Part shown: piece after piece, positions 37,560 to 45,739 of the stretch
Position numbering within the stretch: position 1 is the stretch's first letter
How the letters are laid out: each line of letters opens with the position of its first letter
Source: Candidatus Sysuimicrobiota bacterium
GTDB lineage: Bacteria > Sysuimicrobiota > Sysuimicrobiia > Sysuimicrobiales > Sysuimicrobiaceae
Length of the DNA: 49,534 nucleotides
Direction: 5' to 3'
Assembly (NCBI GenBank): GCA_040289515.1
Contig: PSLI01000012.1
Coordinates: forward strand, 1 to 49,534
The notes under the pieces: generated by a model
What the model saw: only the letters and a program-made list of their open reading frames with translations
Databases searched by the model: none
Told to the model about the DNA's origin: nothing
Program-made: the position numbers and the translations under genes

Positions 37560-38248
37560 GAACCCGACACCTCGCGGAAAGCGGGCGTGCGACTGTACCA
37601 GGGCTGGATGTGCGCCAGCTGCTGCGAGCCGCCCTCCAGCAGCCGCTGCCGACCGAGCCAGGCAACCAGCGCAGCTCGCGGGCTCCACAGCACCGCATCA
37701 GCCACACAGGCCCCGGGTAACGCCCCCGTGAACACCTCTGCCCAGCGAGCCAGCCCGTCGCCCACCAAAACACAACCGTCCAGCGCCTCTCCTGCTTTTC
37801 GGAACACCTCCGCGACCCGGTGCGGCGCGGCTACCAACTCCTCCACCACCCGCACCAGGCGCTCCCCGCACCGTTGGAACAGGGCGGCGGCCACCTCGCC
37901 CCGCCTGGCATCCACCACCACGCCCACCGTGGGCGCTTCCACAGCCGCGGCGAGGGCCTCCAGGGTCGGAACGCCACAGGCGGGCAGCTGTCGGGCGCGA
38001 GCCCACCCCACGGCCGTGGCGATCCCCACCCGCAGCCCCGTGAAGGAACCTGGGCCCACGGACACCGCCACCCCCTCCACCGCCTCCGGGCCGAGACCGA
38101 CGTCCTGGAGCAGCCCGCAGATGGCCGGTGCCAGCCACTCCAGGGACCGCTCCGGCTGCCGCACGTGGCGCTCAGCCAGCAGGCCTGCTCCGTCCACCAA
38201 CGCCACGCTGGCCGCGCCGGTGGCGCTCTCAACCCCCAACACCCGCAC
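37556..38248 (-). CDS. tsaB: tRNA t6A biosynthesis protein TsaB
   Basis: GPGSFTGLRVG and DARRGEV. Confidence 0.94.
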   Translation of the reverse strand: MRVLGVESATGAASVALVDGAGLLAERHVRQPERSLEWLAPAICGLLQDVGLGPEAVEGVAVSVGPGSFTGLRVGIATAVGWARARQLPACGVPTLEALAAAVEAPTVGVVVDARRGEVAAALFQRCGERLVRVVEELVAAPHRVAEVFRKAGEALDGCVLVGDGLARWAEVFTGALPGACVADAVLWSPRAALVAWLGRQRLLEGGSQQLAHIQPWYSRTPAFREVSGS

Positions 38249-38726
38249 GCTCCGCCTCCACCTCTTGCTCCCACCGACGCAGCAGCTCCTCGCTCACCGG
38301 GCCCGCGGCCTCAACCCGGATCGCGCGGGGCTGCTGCCCGGTGCCGACCAGGTGCACCCACAGGCAGTCCTCGGGCATGCGGCGCGCGGCACGATCCGCC
38401 CACTCCACCACCACCGCCGCCCGGGAGTCCACCAGCTCGTCGAAGCCGATACTGTCCAGGTCCTCCGGCCCGATGCGGAACAGGTCCACGTGGTACAGAA
38501 GCAGCCGGCCCGCGTACTCCCGCACCAGGGGGAAGGTGGGGCTGGCCACGTAGCCGCGCACCCCGAGGCCCCGCGCCACCCCCTGAACGAAAGTGGTCTT
38601 GCCTGCACCCAGCTGACCTGTCAACGCCACCGCGTCCTTCGAGCGCAGCACCCGCCCCAGCGCCTCGCCCAGCTGGCGGGTCTGGGCCTCGCTGGTGCTG
38701 ATCCACTGGCGGGTGCGGGCCGTCAT
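38229..38726 (-). CDS. tsaE: tRNA t6A biosynthesis ATPase TsaE
   Basis: Motifs GQLGAGKT, SPTF, HVDLFR and VEWA. Confidence 0.94.
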   Translation of the reverse strand: MTARTRQWISTSEAQTRQLGEALGRVLRSKDAVALTGQLGAGKTTFVQGVARGLGVRGYVASPTFPLVREYAGRLLLYHVDLFRIGPEDLDSIGFDELVDSRAAVVVEWADRAARRMPEDCLWVHLVGTGQQPRAIRVEAAGPVSEELLRRWEQEVEAERAGVGG

Positions 38727-40030
38727 TCCTCCTTGCGCACCCGCAACCGGAGGCCTTCCACCCCCACCACCCGAACGCGCTCGCCCGCCCGCACGGGCTC
38801 GTCGGACTCCGCACTCCAGTCCTCCCCACCTACCAGCACCAGGCCCTGCCCGTCCACGTCCGTCTTCGCCACACCCACGCGGCCCACCAGGGACTCCCAT
38901 CCGGAGACAGGCCGCTTGCGCTGTGCCCGCACGCCCGCCCCCAGGGCGAACAGAAAGAACCCGCCCGTCAGGAGTCCCAGGGCTACCACCAGGGGCACGG
39001 AAGCCCGCAGATAGGGCTCCTGGTTGCTGGTGAGGAGGATGCCGCCCAGGATGAAGGCCACGATGCCGCCCACCCCCAGCACACCGAAGCCCGGAACGAA
39101 CAGCTCGGCCATGAGCAGGGCCACGCCCAGGGCGATGAGGGCCAGCCCCGCGTAGTTCACCTGAAGGATGGCGAAGGAGGTGAGGGCCAAAATCAGAGCG
39201 ATGGCGCCCACCACCCCCGGCACCACCAAACCGGGGTTGTTCAGCTCGAACAGGATGCCGTAGATGGCCACCGTCATGAGGATGAGGCCCACGTTGGGCT
39301 CCGCCAGCAGGTCCAGGAACTGTTCCCGCACGTCCATGCCCAGGTCCACCACCCGTGCGCCCCGGGTGCGCAGGATCCGGGAGCTACCCAGCACCTCCAC
39401 GGTCCGGCCGTCCACGCGGGCCAGCAGTTCGTGCACGTCCCCCGCCAGCAGGTCCACCACGTCCATACGCACGGCTTCCTCGCTGGGCAGCGCCGCCGCC
39501 TGGCGTACCGCGCGCTCGCCCCACTCCGCGTTGCGGCCCCGCCGCTTGGCCAGGGTGCGGATCTTGGCCACCGCGTCCTCCGTGGCCTTGCGCAGCATGG
39601 TGCGCTGGCTTTCCGTCTCCTGTTCTGCGCCGCCCACGGAGACCGGTGTGGCCGCGCCCAGGTTCGTGGTGGGTGCCATGGCTGCCACGTGCGCCGCGTA
39701 CACCACGAACACCCCCGCGGAGGCAGCGCGGGCACCGGGCGGCGCCACGTACACGATCACCGGCACGGGGGAGCTCAGGATAGCCTTGGTGATATCGTCC
39801 GTGGACTTCAGCAGGCCGCCCGGGGTGTCCAGCTCCACCACCAGGGCCGCCGCGCCTGCCGCGTGCGCTTCCCGGATCCCGCGGCCGATGTACATGGCGG
39901 AAGCGGGGGAGATCACGCCCTCCACCCGGATGCGGTACACCACGGGGGTCTGGGGAGCCGCCAGGCTCATCCCCGACCCCAAAGCCAGCAGCAGGAGCAG
40001 CAACAGCCGGTAGACCACCGTGCCCTCCAC
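38723..40030 (-). CDS. nfeD: long-form NfeD membrane-bound ClpP-class protease
   Basis: Signal peptide, LDTPGG, AASAG, AAMAP.TNLGAA.P, several TM helices and a C-terminal NfeD OB-fold. Confidence 0.9.
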   Translation of the reverse strand: MEGTVVYRLLLLLLLALGSGMSLAAPQTPVVYRIRVEGVISPASAMYIGRGIREAHAAGAAALVVELDTPGGLLKSTDDITKAILSSPVPVIVYVAPPGARAASAGVFVVYAAHVAAMAPTTNLGAATPVSVGGAEQETESQRTMLRKATEDAVAKIRTLAKRRGRNAEWGERAVRQAAALPSEEAVRMDVVDLLAGDVHELLARVDGRTVEVLGSSRILRTRGARVVDLGMDVREQFLDLLAEPNVGLILMTVAIYGILFELNNPGLVVPGVVGAIALILALTSFAILQVNYAGLALIALGVALLMAELFVPGFGVLGVGGIVAFILGGILLTSNQEPYLRASVPLVVALGLLTGGFFLFALGAGVRAQRKRPVSGWESLVGRVGVAKTDVDGQGLVLVGGEDWSAESDEPVRAGERVRVVGVEGLRLRVRKEE

Positions 40031-40068
40031 CCCTTACGGTACCCCACCGGAGGGTCCGCGGGAACTGT

Positions 40069-41709
40069 TCACCGCACCCTCTGCCGCCGGTACAGAGTTT
40101 CTACCTCCTGCAGGGTGCTGGCCTCCGCGGGCGTCTTGTCCGTGCGCACCCGCAGGATGCGGGGGAACCGCAGGGCGTATCCGGAGTCGTGCCGTTCGCT
40201 GCGGGTCACCGCGTCGAAGGCTACCTCCAGCACCACCCGGGGTTCCACCACCTTGAACCGGCCCAGGTCCCGGACCGTGTGTTGCAGGAAGAACCCCGTG
40301 AGCTGCGCGATCTCCGCATCCAGCAGCCCCGAGTACGCCTTCCCCACCACCCGCAGCCGATCCCCATCCCACACCGCGAAGGTGTAGTCGCTGAGCACCC
40401 CGGCCCGCTTGCCGTGCCCGTACTCCGCCCCCACCACCACCACGTCCAGGGTCCCCAGCGGCTCCTTCCACTTCCGCCAGAGGCCGCCCCTTCGGCCCGG
40501 CTGGTAGGGCCCGTCCAGGCGTTTCACCACCAGCCCCTCGTTGCCCCGCTCCCGGGCTTCCTGGAAGCGATCCTGCAAAGCACCCACGTCCCGCACCCGC
40601 CGTGCGGTGGCCAGGTACACGGGGGCGCGGAACCGCAAGGGCTCCAGCTGCCGGCGCCGCTCCACCAGGGGCAGGTCCAAAAGGTCCTGCGCTTGCAGCT
40701 TCAGGAGGTCGAACAAAAACAGGGCCACGGCCACCTCCGAGGCCACCTCCAGGGGATCCAGCCGCCGCAGCCGCTGCTGCAGGCGAGAAAACGGCGCCGG
40801 ACGGTCTCCATCCCAGCCCACGATCTCGCCGTCCGCGATGTACGCAGGCGCCAGCTCCAGCAACGCGGGCTGCAGCTCGGGGAAGCTTGCCGTCACATCG
40901 TCCAGGGTGCGCGAGTACAGAGCCACGCGATCTCCCAGGCGGTGCACTTGCACCCGCACGCCGTCGTATTTGTCCTCCGCCAGCACCTCCGGCACCTCTC
41001 CCTCGAACGCTTCCTGGGGGTCGGTAAGGGTTCCCGCCAGCATGAACCGGAAGGGCCGGAAGTAGCGCAGGTACGCGCCAGGCAGCTGTCCCCGGCGGGC
41101 CAGCAACGCCACCTCGCCGAGATCCGAGGTCAGCAGGTCCGCGCGCCGTACCGCCCCGGGGGAGGTGCCGAAGGCCTGTGCCACGGCCTCCTGCAAAAGA
41201 CCCTCCTTCAGCCCGATGCGCAGGTCCCCGGTCAGTACCCGCACCAGGTACTTGGCCTCCATGGGCTGCGCCTGCTCCAGCAGGGCCCGAAGGGCCGAAG
41301 CGCGGGCCGAGGCGGCTCCCTTGCCCCGCACCGCAGCGGCCCGCTGCAGCTGCTCATGCGCCCCCTGCAGGGTCAGGGGTTCGCGGAACAGGGGCATGGT
41401 GCGCCGCCGCGCCACCAGCTCCGCGGCCACGTCCCCCAGGTCCCCGAACCGCAGGTACAGCTCCGAGACCTCCCGATCCGAAGCCCCGGACAGGTCCTGG
41501 AGCACCTCCACGATGGTGGACCAGCCGATCTGCAGCTTGTCGGGGTGGCCCGCAGGCAGCACCCGTCCCGTGAGATAGGTGCACGCCACCTGCAGAGCGT
41601 CCTCCGGCAGCCGGCGGAGGTAGTCGGCTATCAGGGACACTTTCTCCCGTTTGGAGGACGTGCGGGAAACAGCGTCCGCGACGGCCGCGAACTCCGCCCA
41701 GCGTGCCAA
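40069..41709 (-). CDS. ATP-dependent DNA ligase
   Basis: Motif I EDKYDGVR, DGEIV, FDLL, EGLVVK, and C-terminal ALRFPR..RVRTDK. TTG start after GGAGG. Confidence 0.93.
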   Translation of the reverse strand: MARWAEFAAVADAVSRTSSKREKVSLIADYLRRLPEDALQVACTYLTGRVLPAGHPDKLQIGWSTIVEVLQDLSGASDREVSELYLRFGDLGDVAAELVARRRTMPLFREPLTLQGAHEQLQRAAAVRGKGAASARASALRALLEQAQPMEAKYLVRVLTGDLRIGLKEGLLQEAVAQAFGTSPGAVRRADLLTSDLGEVALLARRGQLPGAYLRYFRPFRFMLAGTLTDPQEAFEGEVPEVLAEDKYDGVRVQVHRLGDRVALYSRTLDDVTASFPELQPALLELAPAYIADGEIVGWDGDRPAPFSRLQQRLRRLDPLEVASEVAVALFLFDLLKLQAQDLLDLPLVERRRQLEPLRFRAPVYLATARRVRDVGALQDRFQEARERGNEGLVVKRLDGPYQPGRRGGLWRKWKEPLGTLDVVVVGAEYGHGKRAGVLSDYTFAVWDGDRLRVVGKAYSGLLDAEIAQLTGFFLQHTVRDLGRFKVVEPRVVLEVAFDAVTRSERHDSGYALRFPRILRVRTDKTPAEASTLQEVETLYRRQRVR

Positions 41710-41794
41710 GCTGCACCTCCGCGGCGCTTCCCAGGGTAGACAGCCGGCGGCGGTGGACGCAACGGCCCGGAGCATCTTTTGCCCGGTCGGGGGA

Positions 41795-41823
41795 TTGACA
41801 AGCTCCTCCGCCCGCGCTAGCCT
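41795..41823 (+). promoter_or_regulatory. sigma70-like promoter facing the c-di-GMP-I motif
   Basis: TTGACA (41795-41800), a 17 bp spacer and TAGCCT (41818-41823). Confidence 0.7.
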
Positions 41824-41852
41824 GCGGCTACAAAAAACTGAACCGGGCACCG

Positions 41853-41925
41853 TTCGAAAGGGCAAACCCGCGGTAACGCGGGGGCGCAAAGCCAACGGGC
41901 CTGCCACGGCAGGTCGGCTGCACGC
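41853..41925 (+). ncRNA. c-di-GMP-I (GEMM-I) riboswitch-like aptamer, orphan orientation
   Basis: GAAAGGGCAAA, stem CCCGCG-GTAA-CGCGGG (GNRA loop), GGCGCAAAGCC, receptor-like GGGCCT...ACGGCAG, and GGCTGC. Confidence 0.82.
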
Positions 41926-41961
41926 CTCTGTGCGGCAGCCAACCAACTTTCGTACCACCCT

Positions 41962-43104
41962 TCAGGCGCTCTGCCACACCACTTCCCCTCCCACCACGGT
42001 GAGCACCGCGCGCCCCGAAGCCAACACGCACAAATCCGCCCTCGCGCCGCTGCGCAGGTGACCGCGGTCTGCTAGCTTCAGCACCCGGGCGGGGGTGCTG
42101 GTGGCCATGCGCACAGCATCTAGCAGCGGCACGCCCCAGCGCGTGACGTTCCACACGGCCTGATCCATGCGCAGGATGCTGCCCGCCAGGGTCCCGTCTG
42201 GAAGGCGCGGGGCGTCGCCCGGCCGCACCACGAGTTCCACCTCGCCCAACCGGTACCGCCCCGGCGGAGCTCCCGCGGCCGCCACCGCGTCGGTAACCAG
42301 CACCACACGATCCGGCCCCAGCAGGCGGTAGGCCAGGCGGAACACAGAAGGGTGCACGTGGATTCCATCAGCCACCAGGCTGCAGGCCCACTCCCCCTCC
42401 TCCAAGGCCGCACCCACGGGGCCGGGCTCCCGGTGGTGAAGCCCGCGCATGGCGTTGAACAGGTGGGTGACCATAGTTGCACCCGCCTGGAAGGCCTCCT
42501 GGGTCTGTGCGTAGGTGGCGTCCGTGTGGCCCAGGGAGACCACCACCCCGCGGGAGACGAGCCAGCGCACGAGCTCCGGACCCCCAGGTAGCTCCGGAGC
42601 CAGGGTGACCAGCCGCACCATGTCCTCCAGCTCCTGCACCAGCGTTCGCAGGCGTGGGTCGTCGGCCGGTACCAGCCACCGAGGGTCGTGGGCGCCCGCA
42701 CGGTTTGGGTTCAGGGCCGGGCCTTCCAGGTGCAGGCCCAGCGCCCGGGCACCGGCTGAGACAGCCCGGCGCAGCGCCCCCGCCGCCGTCCGCAGGGTAT
42801 CCAGCGGCGCGCTTACCAGCGTGGGCAAAAAGGACGCGGTACCGGTGGAAGCCAGGTACCGGCAGGCGGCGGCGAACTGTTCCTGAGTACACTGCAGGAA
42901 GTCTACCCCCGCGGCACCGTTTACCTGCAGGTCCACCAGGCCAGGCACGAGCACGCCCGCTGGGAACTCACGGTCCGCGCGGCGCGGCGTCCCCTGCCGG
43001 ACTTCCGCCACCCGGTCACCCTCCACCACCACGTAGCCGGGCGTGAGCTCCTTTGCGGGCGTAAGCACTTTGCCCGCGGCAAAGACGGAGGGCCGGGGAT
43101 TCAC
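41962..43104 (-). CDS. nagA: N-acetylglucosamine-6-phosphate deacetylase
   Basis: Motifs PGLVDLQVNG, HLEGP, GAH, TLAPE, GHT, THLFNAM, VTDA and LAGS. Confidence 0.94.
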   Translation of the reverse strand: MNPRPSVFAAGKVLTPAKELTPGYVVVEGDRVAEVRQGTPRRADREFPAGVLVPGLVDLQVNGAAGVDFLQCTQEQFAAACRYLASTGTASFLPTLVSAPLDTLRTAAGALRRAVSAGARALGLHLEGPALNPNRAGAHDPRWLVPADDPRLRTLVQELEDMVRLVTLAPELPGGPELVRWLVSRGVVVSLGHTDATYAQTQEAFQAGATMVTHLFNAMRGLHHREPGPVGAALEEGEWACSLVADGIHVHPSVFRLAYRLLGPDRVVLVTDAVAAAGAPPGRYRLGEVELVVRPGDAPRLPDGTLAGSILRMDQAVWNVTRWGVPLLDAVRMATSTPARVLKLADRGHLRSGARADLCVLASGRAVLTVVGGEVVWQSA

Positions 43105-44636
43105 CCTGTTTCCCCAGCCAGCCGGAAACGCACCGCCTCGCCCGGCCGCTTCTGGGCTAGGCCCGGTAGGTCCTCTTCCACCACCACCGCCAGCACGGGG
43201 TAGCCGCCCGCCGTGGGGCCGTCCCGCATCAGCACGATGGGCTGGCCCGACGGCGGCACCTGTAATGCGCCCACCACCATCCCCTCGGACAGGATCTCCC
43301 CGGCTCCCGCGTGCGGTATCGGCGGTCCGTCCAGCCGGTAACCGGACCGGTCGCTGCGCACGCTCACGGTATACGGGCCCGCCAGCAGCTGCTCCACCGC
43401 GCCCGGCGGGAAGGCTTCCAGGTGCGGGCCGGGCAGCACCCGCACCGAGCCCTCCCGAATGCTTGGTTTCCGGACCGGCTGGGCTATGCCCCGGAGGGCG
43501 CGGGCCCGTCGCACCACATCGCCCTTGCGAAGCACACCCCCGCCTAACCCCGAGGGCGCGTGGGTGCTGCGGCTTCCGTGCACCTCGGGTGCTGCCACGC
43601 CACCGGCCAATGCCAGGTAGCACCACCGGCCCTGCTGCGGCCGCCGGAAGCGCAGCACCTGGCCGCGCCGCAGCCGCAGGGGCTTCCCCATGGGCACCGG
43701 TGATCCGTCCACCTCGGGCGCGAAGTCCGCGCCCGCGAGCGCCACCTCCACGTCCACGAGCGCCTCCAGCACGGGCGCGGGCCAGGCGAATTCCAGCGCG
43801 GCACACTCCCCGGCGTTGCCTACCGCGAAGTTAGCAGCCTGAAGGGCTTCGGGATCCATGGCTCCCGAAGGCGGGACTCCGTAGCGCCGGTACCCGTACC
43901 GGCCCAGGTCCTGCACAGTACAGAGTAGCCCCCCGTCCAGGACCGCCAGCACCGCGGACCCCTGAGGTTCCTGACGCGCGGGTGGGGATGCGGGCCACTG
44001 TGCGCGCGGCACGGGTACGAACCGAACCCGGTCACCCACTTCAAAGCGGGCGGGAGGGTCCTGCAGCGGGTCAAACACCCGCAACGGTGTGCGACCGAGG
44101 ATGCGCCAGCCCCCCGCGGTAGAGGACGGGTAGATGCCCGTCTGGCGTCCTGCCAGGGCCACCGACCCGGCGGGGACCACAAGCCTGGGCTGCGGGAGGC
44201 GCGGAGCGGCGATGCGCTCCGGTACCGTGCCCATGTACGCGAACCCAGGCGAGAAGCCCAGCATGTACACCAGGTACTCGGTGCCCGCGTGAAGCTCCAC
44301 CACCTCCTGCTCCGACAACCCCGCCCACCGCGCCACCTCCGGGAGGTCGAGGCCGAACTCTCCGCCGTACACCACAGGCACCTCGTGCACACGCCCCTGG
44401 GGTACCGCCTCGGAGTGCGAGGGGACCTGCCGCAGGTGCGCAGACAGCTCACCGGGCGCCACGACCTCGGGGTCGAACACCACCAGGAGGGAAGCGTACG
44501 CGGGGACCGTCTCCACGACCCCCCGCATCTTGCGGGCCCACCGGTCCAGGTGCAGCACCCGTGCCAGCAGGCCAGGGTTTACCTGGTTGCCCAGCCGCAC
44601 CAACACAGCCCGCTGCCCGAAGGGGACGATTTCCAT
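43101..44636 (-). CDS. fused PxpB-PxpC (5-oxoprolinase/allophanate hydrolase subunit 1+2, KipI-KipA-like)
   Basis: N-terminal VPAYASL, GFSPGFAY and GIYP...GGW. C-terminal TVQDLGR.G, SDRSGYRL and T.GGYP. Confidence 0.9.
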   Translation of the reverse strand: MEIVPFGQRAVLVRLGNQVNPGLLARVLHLDRWARKMRGVVETVPAYASLLVVFDPEVVAPGELSAHLRQVPSHSEAVPQGRVHEVPVVYGGEFGLDLPEVARWAGLSEQEVVELHAGTEYLVYMLGFSPGFAYMGTVPERIAAPRLPQPRLVVPAGSVALAGRQTGIYPSSTAGGWRILGRTPLRVFDPLQDPPARFEVGDRVRFVPVPRAQWPASPPARQEPQGSAVLAVLDGGLLCTVQDLGRYGYRRYGVPPSGAMDPEALQAANFAVGNAGECAALEFAWPAPVLEALVDVEVALAGADFAPEVDGSPVPMGKPLRLRRGQVLRFRRPQQGRWCYLALAGGVAAPEVHGSRSTHAPSGLGGGVLRKGDVVRRARALRGIAQPVRKPSIREGSVRVLPGPHLEAFPPGAVEQLLAGPYTVSVRSDRSGYRLDGPPIPHAGAGEILSEGMVVGALQVPPSGQPIVLMRDGPTAGGYPVLAVVVEEDLPGLAQKRPGEAVRFRLAGETG

Positions 44637-44650
44637 GGGACGTGTAAGCT

Positions 44651-45739
44651 TTATGCGCCTCGGTACACCCGCGGCAGCCGCGGCCCGATCCGCGCCACCA
44701 TCTCGTATGCGATGGTGCCGCACCGACCCGCCAGTTCCGCCGCGGGTACCTCTGACCCCAGCAGCTCCACCTCCTCCCCTTCCTCCACATGCAGGTCGCC
44801 CACATCCAGCATGAGGAAGTCCATGCACACCGTCCCCGCGTACGGCACCCGCTGGCCCTGCACGCAGGCGAACCCGCGGTTCGACAGCCCCCGGGGGAGG
44901 CCGTCTGCGTACCCCACAGGCACCGTGACGATGGTGGTGGCGTGGGGAGTGCGGTAGCTGCCTCCGTAGCTCACCCGCGTTCCTTCGGGGACCCGCCGCA
45001 CCTGCACCGCCCGGGCCACCACCCGCATGGCGGGCCGCAAGGCAGGTGTGGTCACCCCGGGCGAAAGCCCGTACAGGGCGATGCCCACCCGCACCAGGTC
45101 CAGATGGCTTACCGGCAGCGAGAAGGTGGCCGCGCTGTTGGCCGCGTGTACGAACGGAACGTGGTGGCCCCGAGCCCGCAGCGCCTGCACCGCTTTCAGG
45201 AAGCAGCGCAGCTGGGCCTCGGTGAAGGCCCGGTCGGTGTCCGCGCTCGCGAAGTGGGTGTACACGCCCTCTAGGTGCAGACCCGGCGTCTGGGAGATGA
45301 GGTCGGCCACCTGCACCGCCTCCTCCGGTGGAAACCCCACCCGGGTCATACCCGTGTCCACCTTGAGGTGCACCGTCACACCCACCGGGGACCGGGAGCT
45401 GGCTTCCACGACCGCCCGCAGGCTCTGATGGGAGAACACCGTGAAGGACACCCGCCGGCTGGCACCCTCCACCACCGCCTCCGGCGGGCTAAACCCGAAG
45501 ACCAGCACGGGACAGTCCAGCCCCGCACCGCGCAGCTGTAACGCCTCCTCGGGCAGCGCCACGCCCAGCCACGTAGCCCCCGCCTCCAGCGCCGCGCGGG
45601 CTACCGGCACGGCCCCGTGCCCGTAGGCGTCCGCCTTGACCACCGCCATCAGCTGCGTGGGGCCCCTCAGCACGCCCAAAGTGGCGCGCACGTTGGCCCG
45701 GACCGCGTCCAGGTCCACTTCAACCCAGGCTGGCCGCAT
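44651..45739 (-). CDS. alr: alanine racemase
   Basis: Motifs AVVKADAYGHG, HLKVDTGM.R, GYADG and G.VCMD. Confidence 0.97.
   Translation of the reverse strand: MRPAWVEVDLDAVRANVRATLGVLRGPTQLMAVVKADAYGHGAVPVARAALEAGATWLGVALPEEALQLRGAGLDCPVLVFGFSPPEAVVEGASRRVSFTVFSHQSLRAVVEASSRSPVGVTVHLKVDTGMTRVGFPPEEAVQVADLISQTPGLHLEGVYTHFASADTDRAFTEAQLRCFLKAVQALRARGHHVPFVHAANSAATFSLPVSHLDLVRVGIALYGLSPGVTTPALRPAMRVVARAVQVRRVPEGTRVSYGGSYRTPHATTIVTVPVGYADGLPRGLSNRGFACVQGQRVPYAGTVCMDFLMLDVGDLHVEEGEEVELLGSEVPAAELAGRCGTIAYEMVARIGPRLPRVYRGA

Noticed and set aside
35811..39014. 1067-aa + strand ORF
   Set aside because: Shadow of tsaD-rimI-tsaB-tsaE; no recognisable domain.
41710..41958. N-terminal extension of the DNA ligase in the ORF track
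   Set aside because: It runs through the riboswitch and promoter; GGAGG supports TTG 41709.
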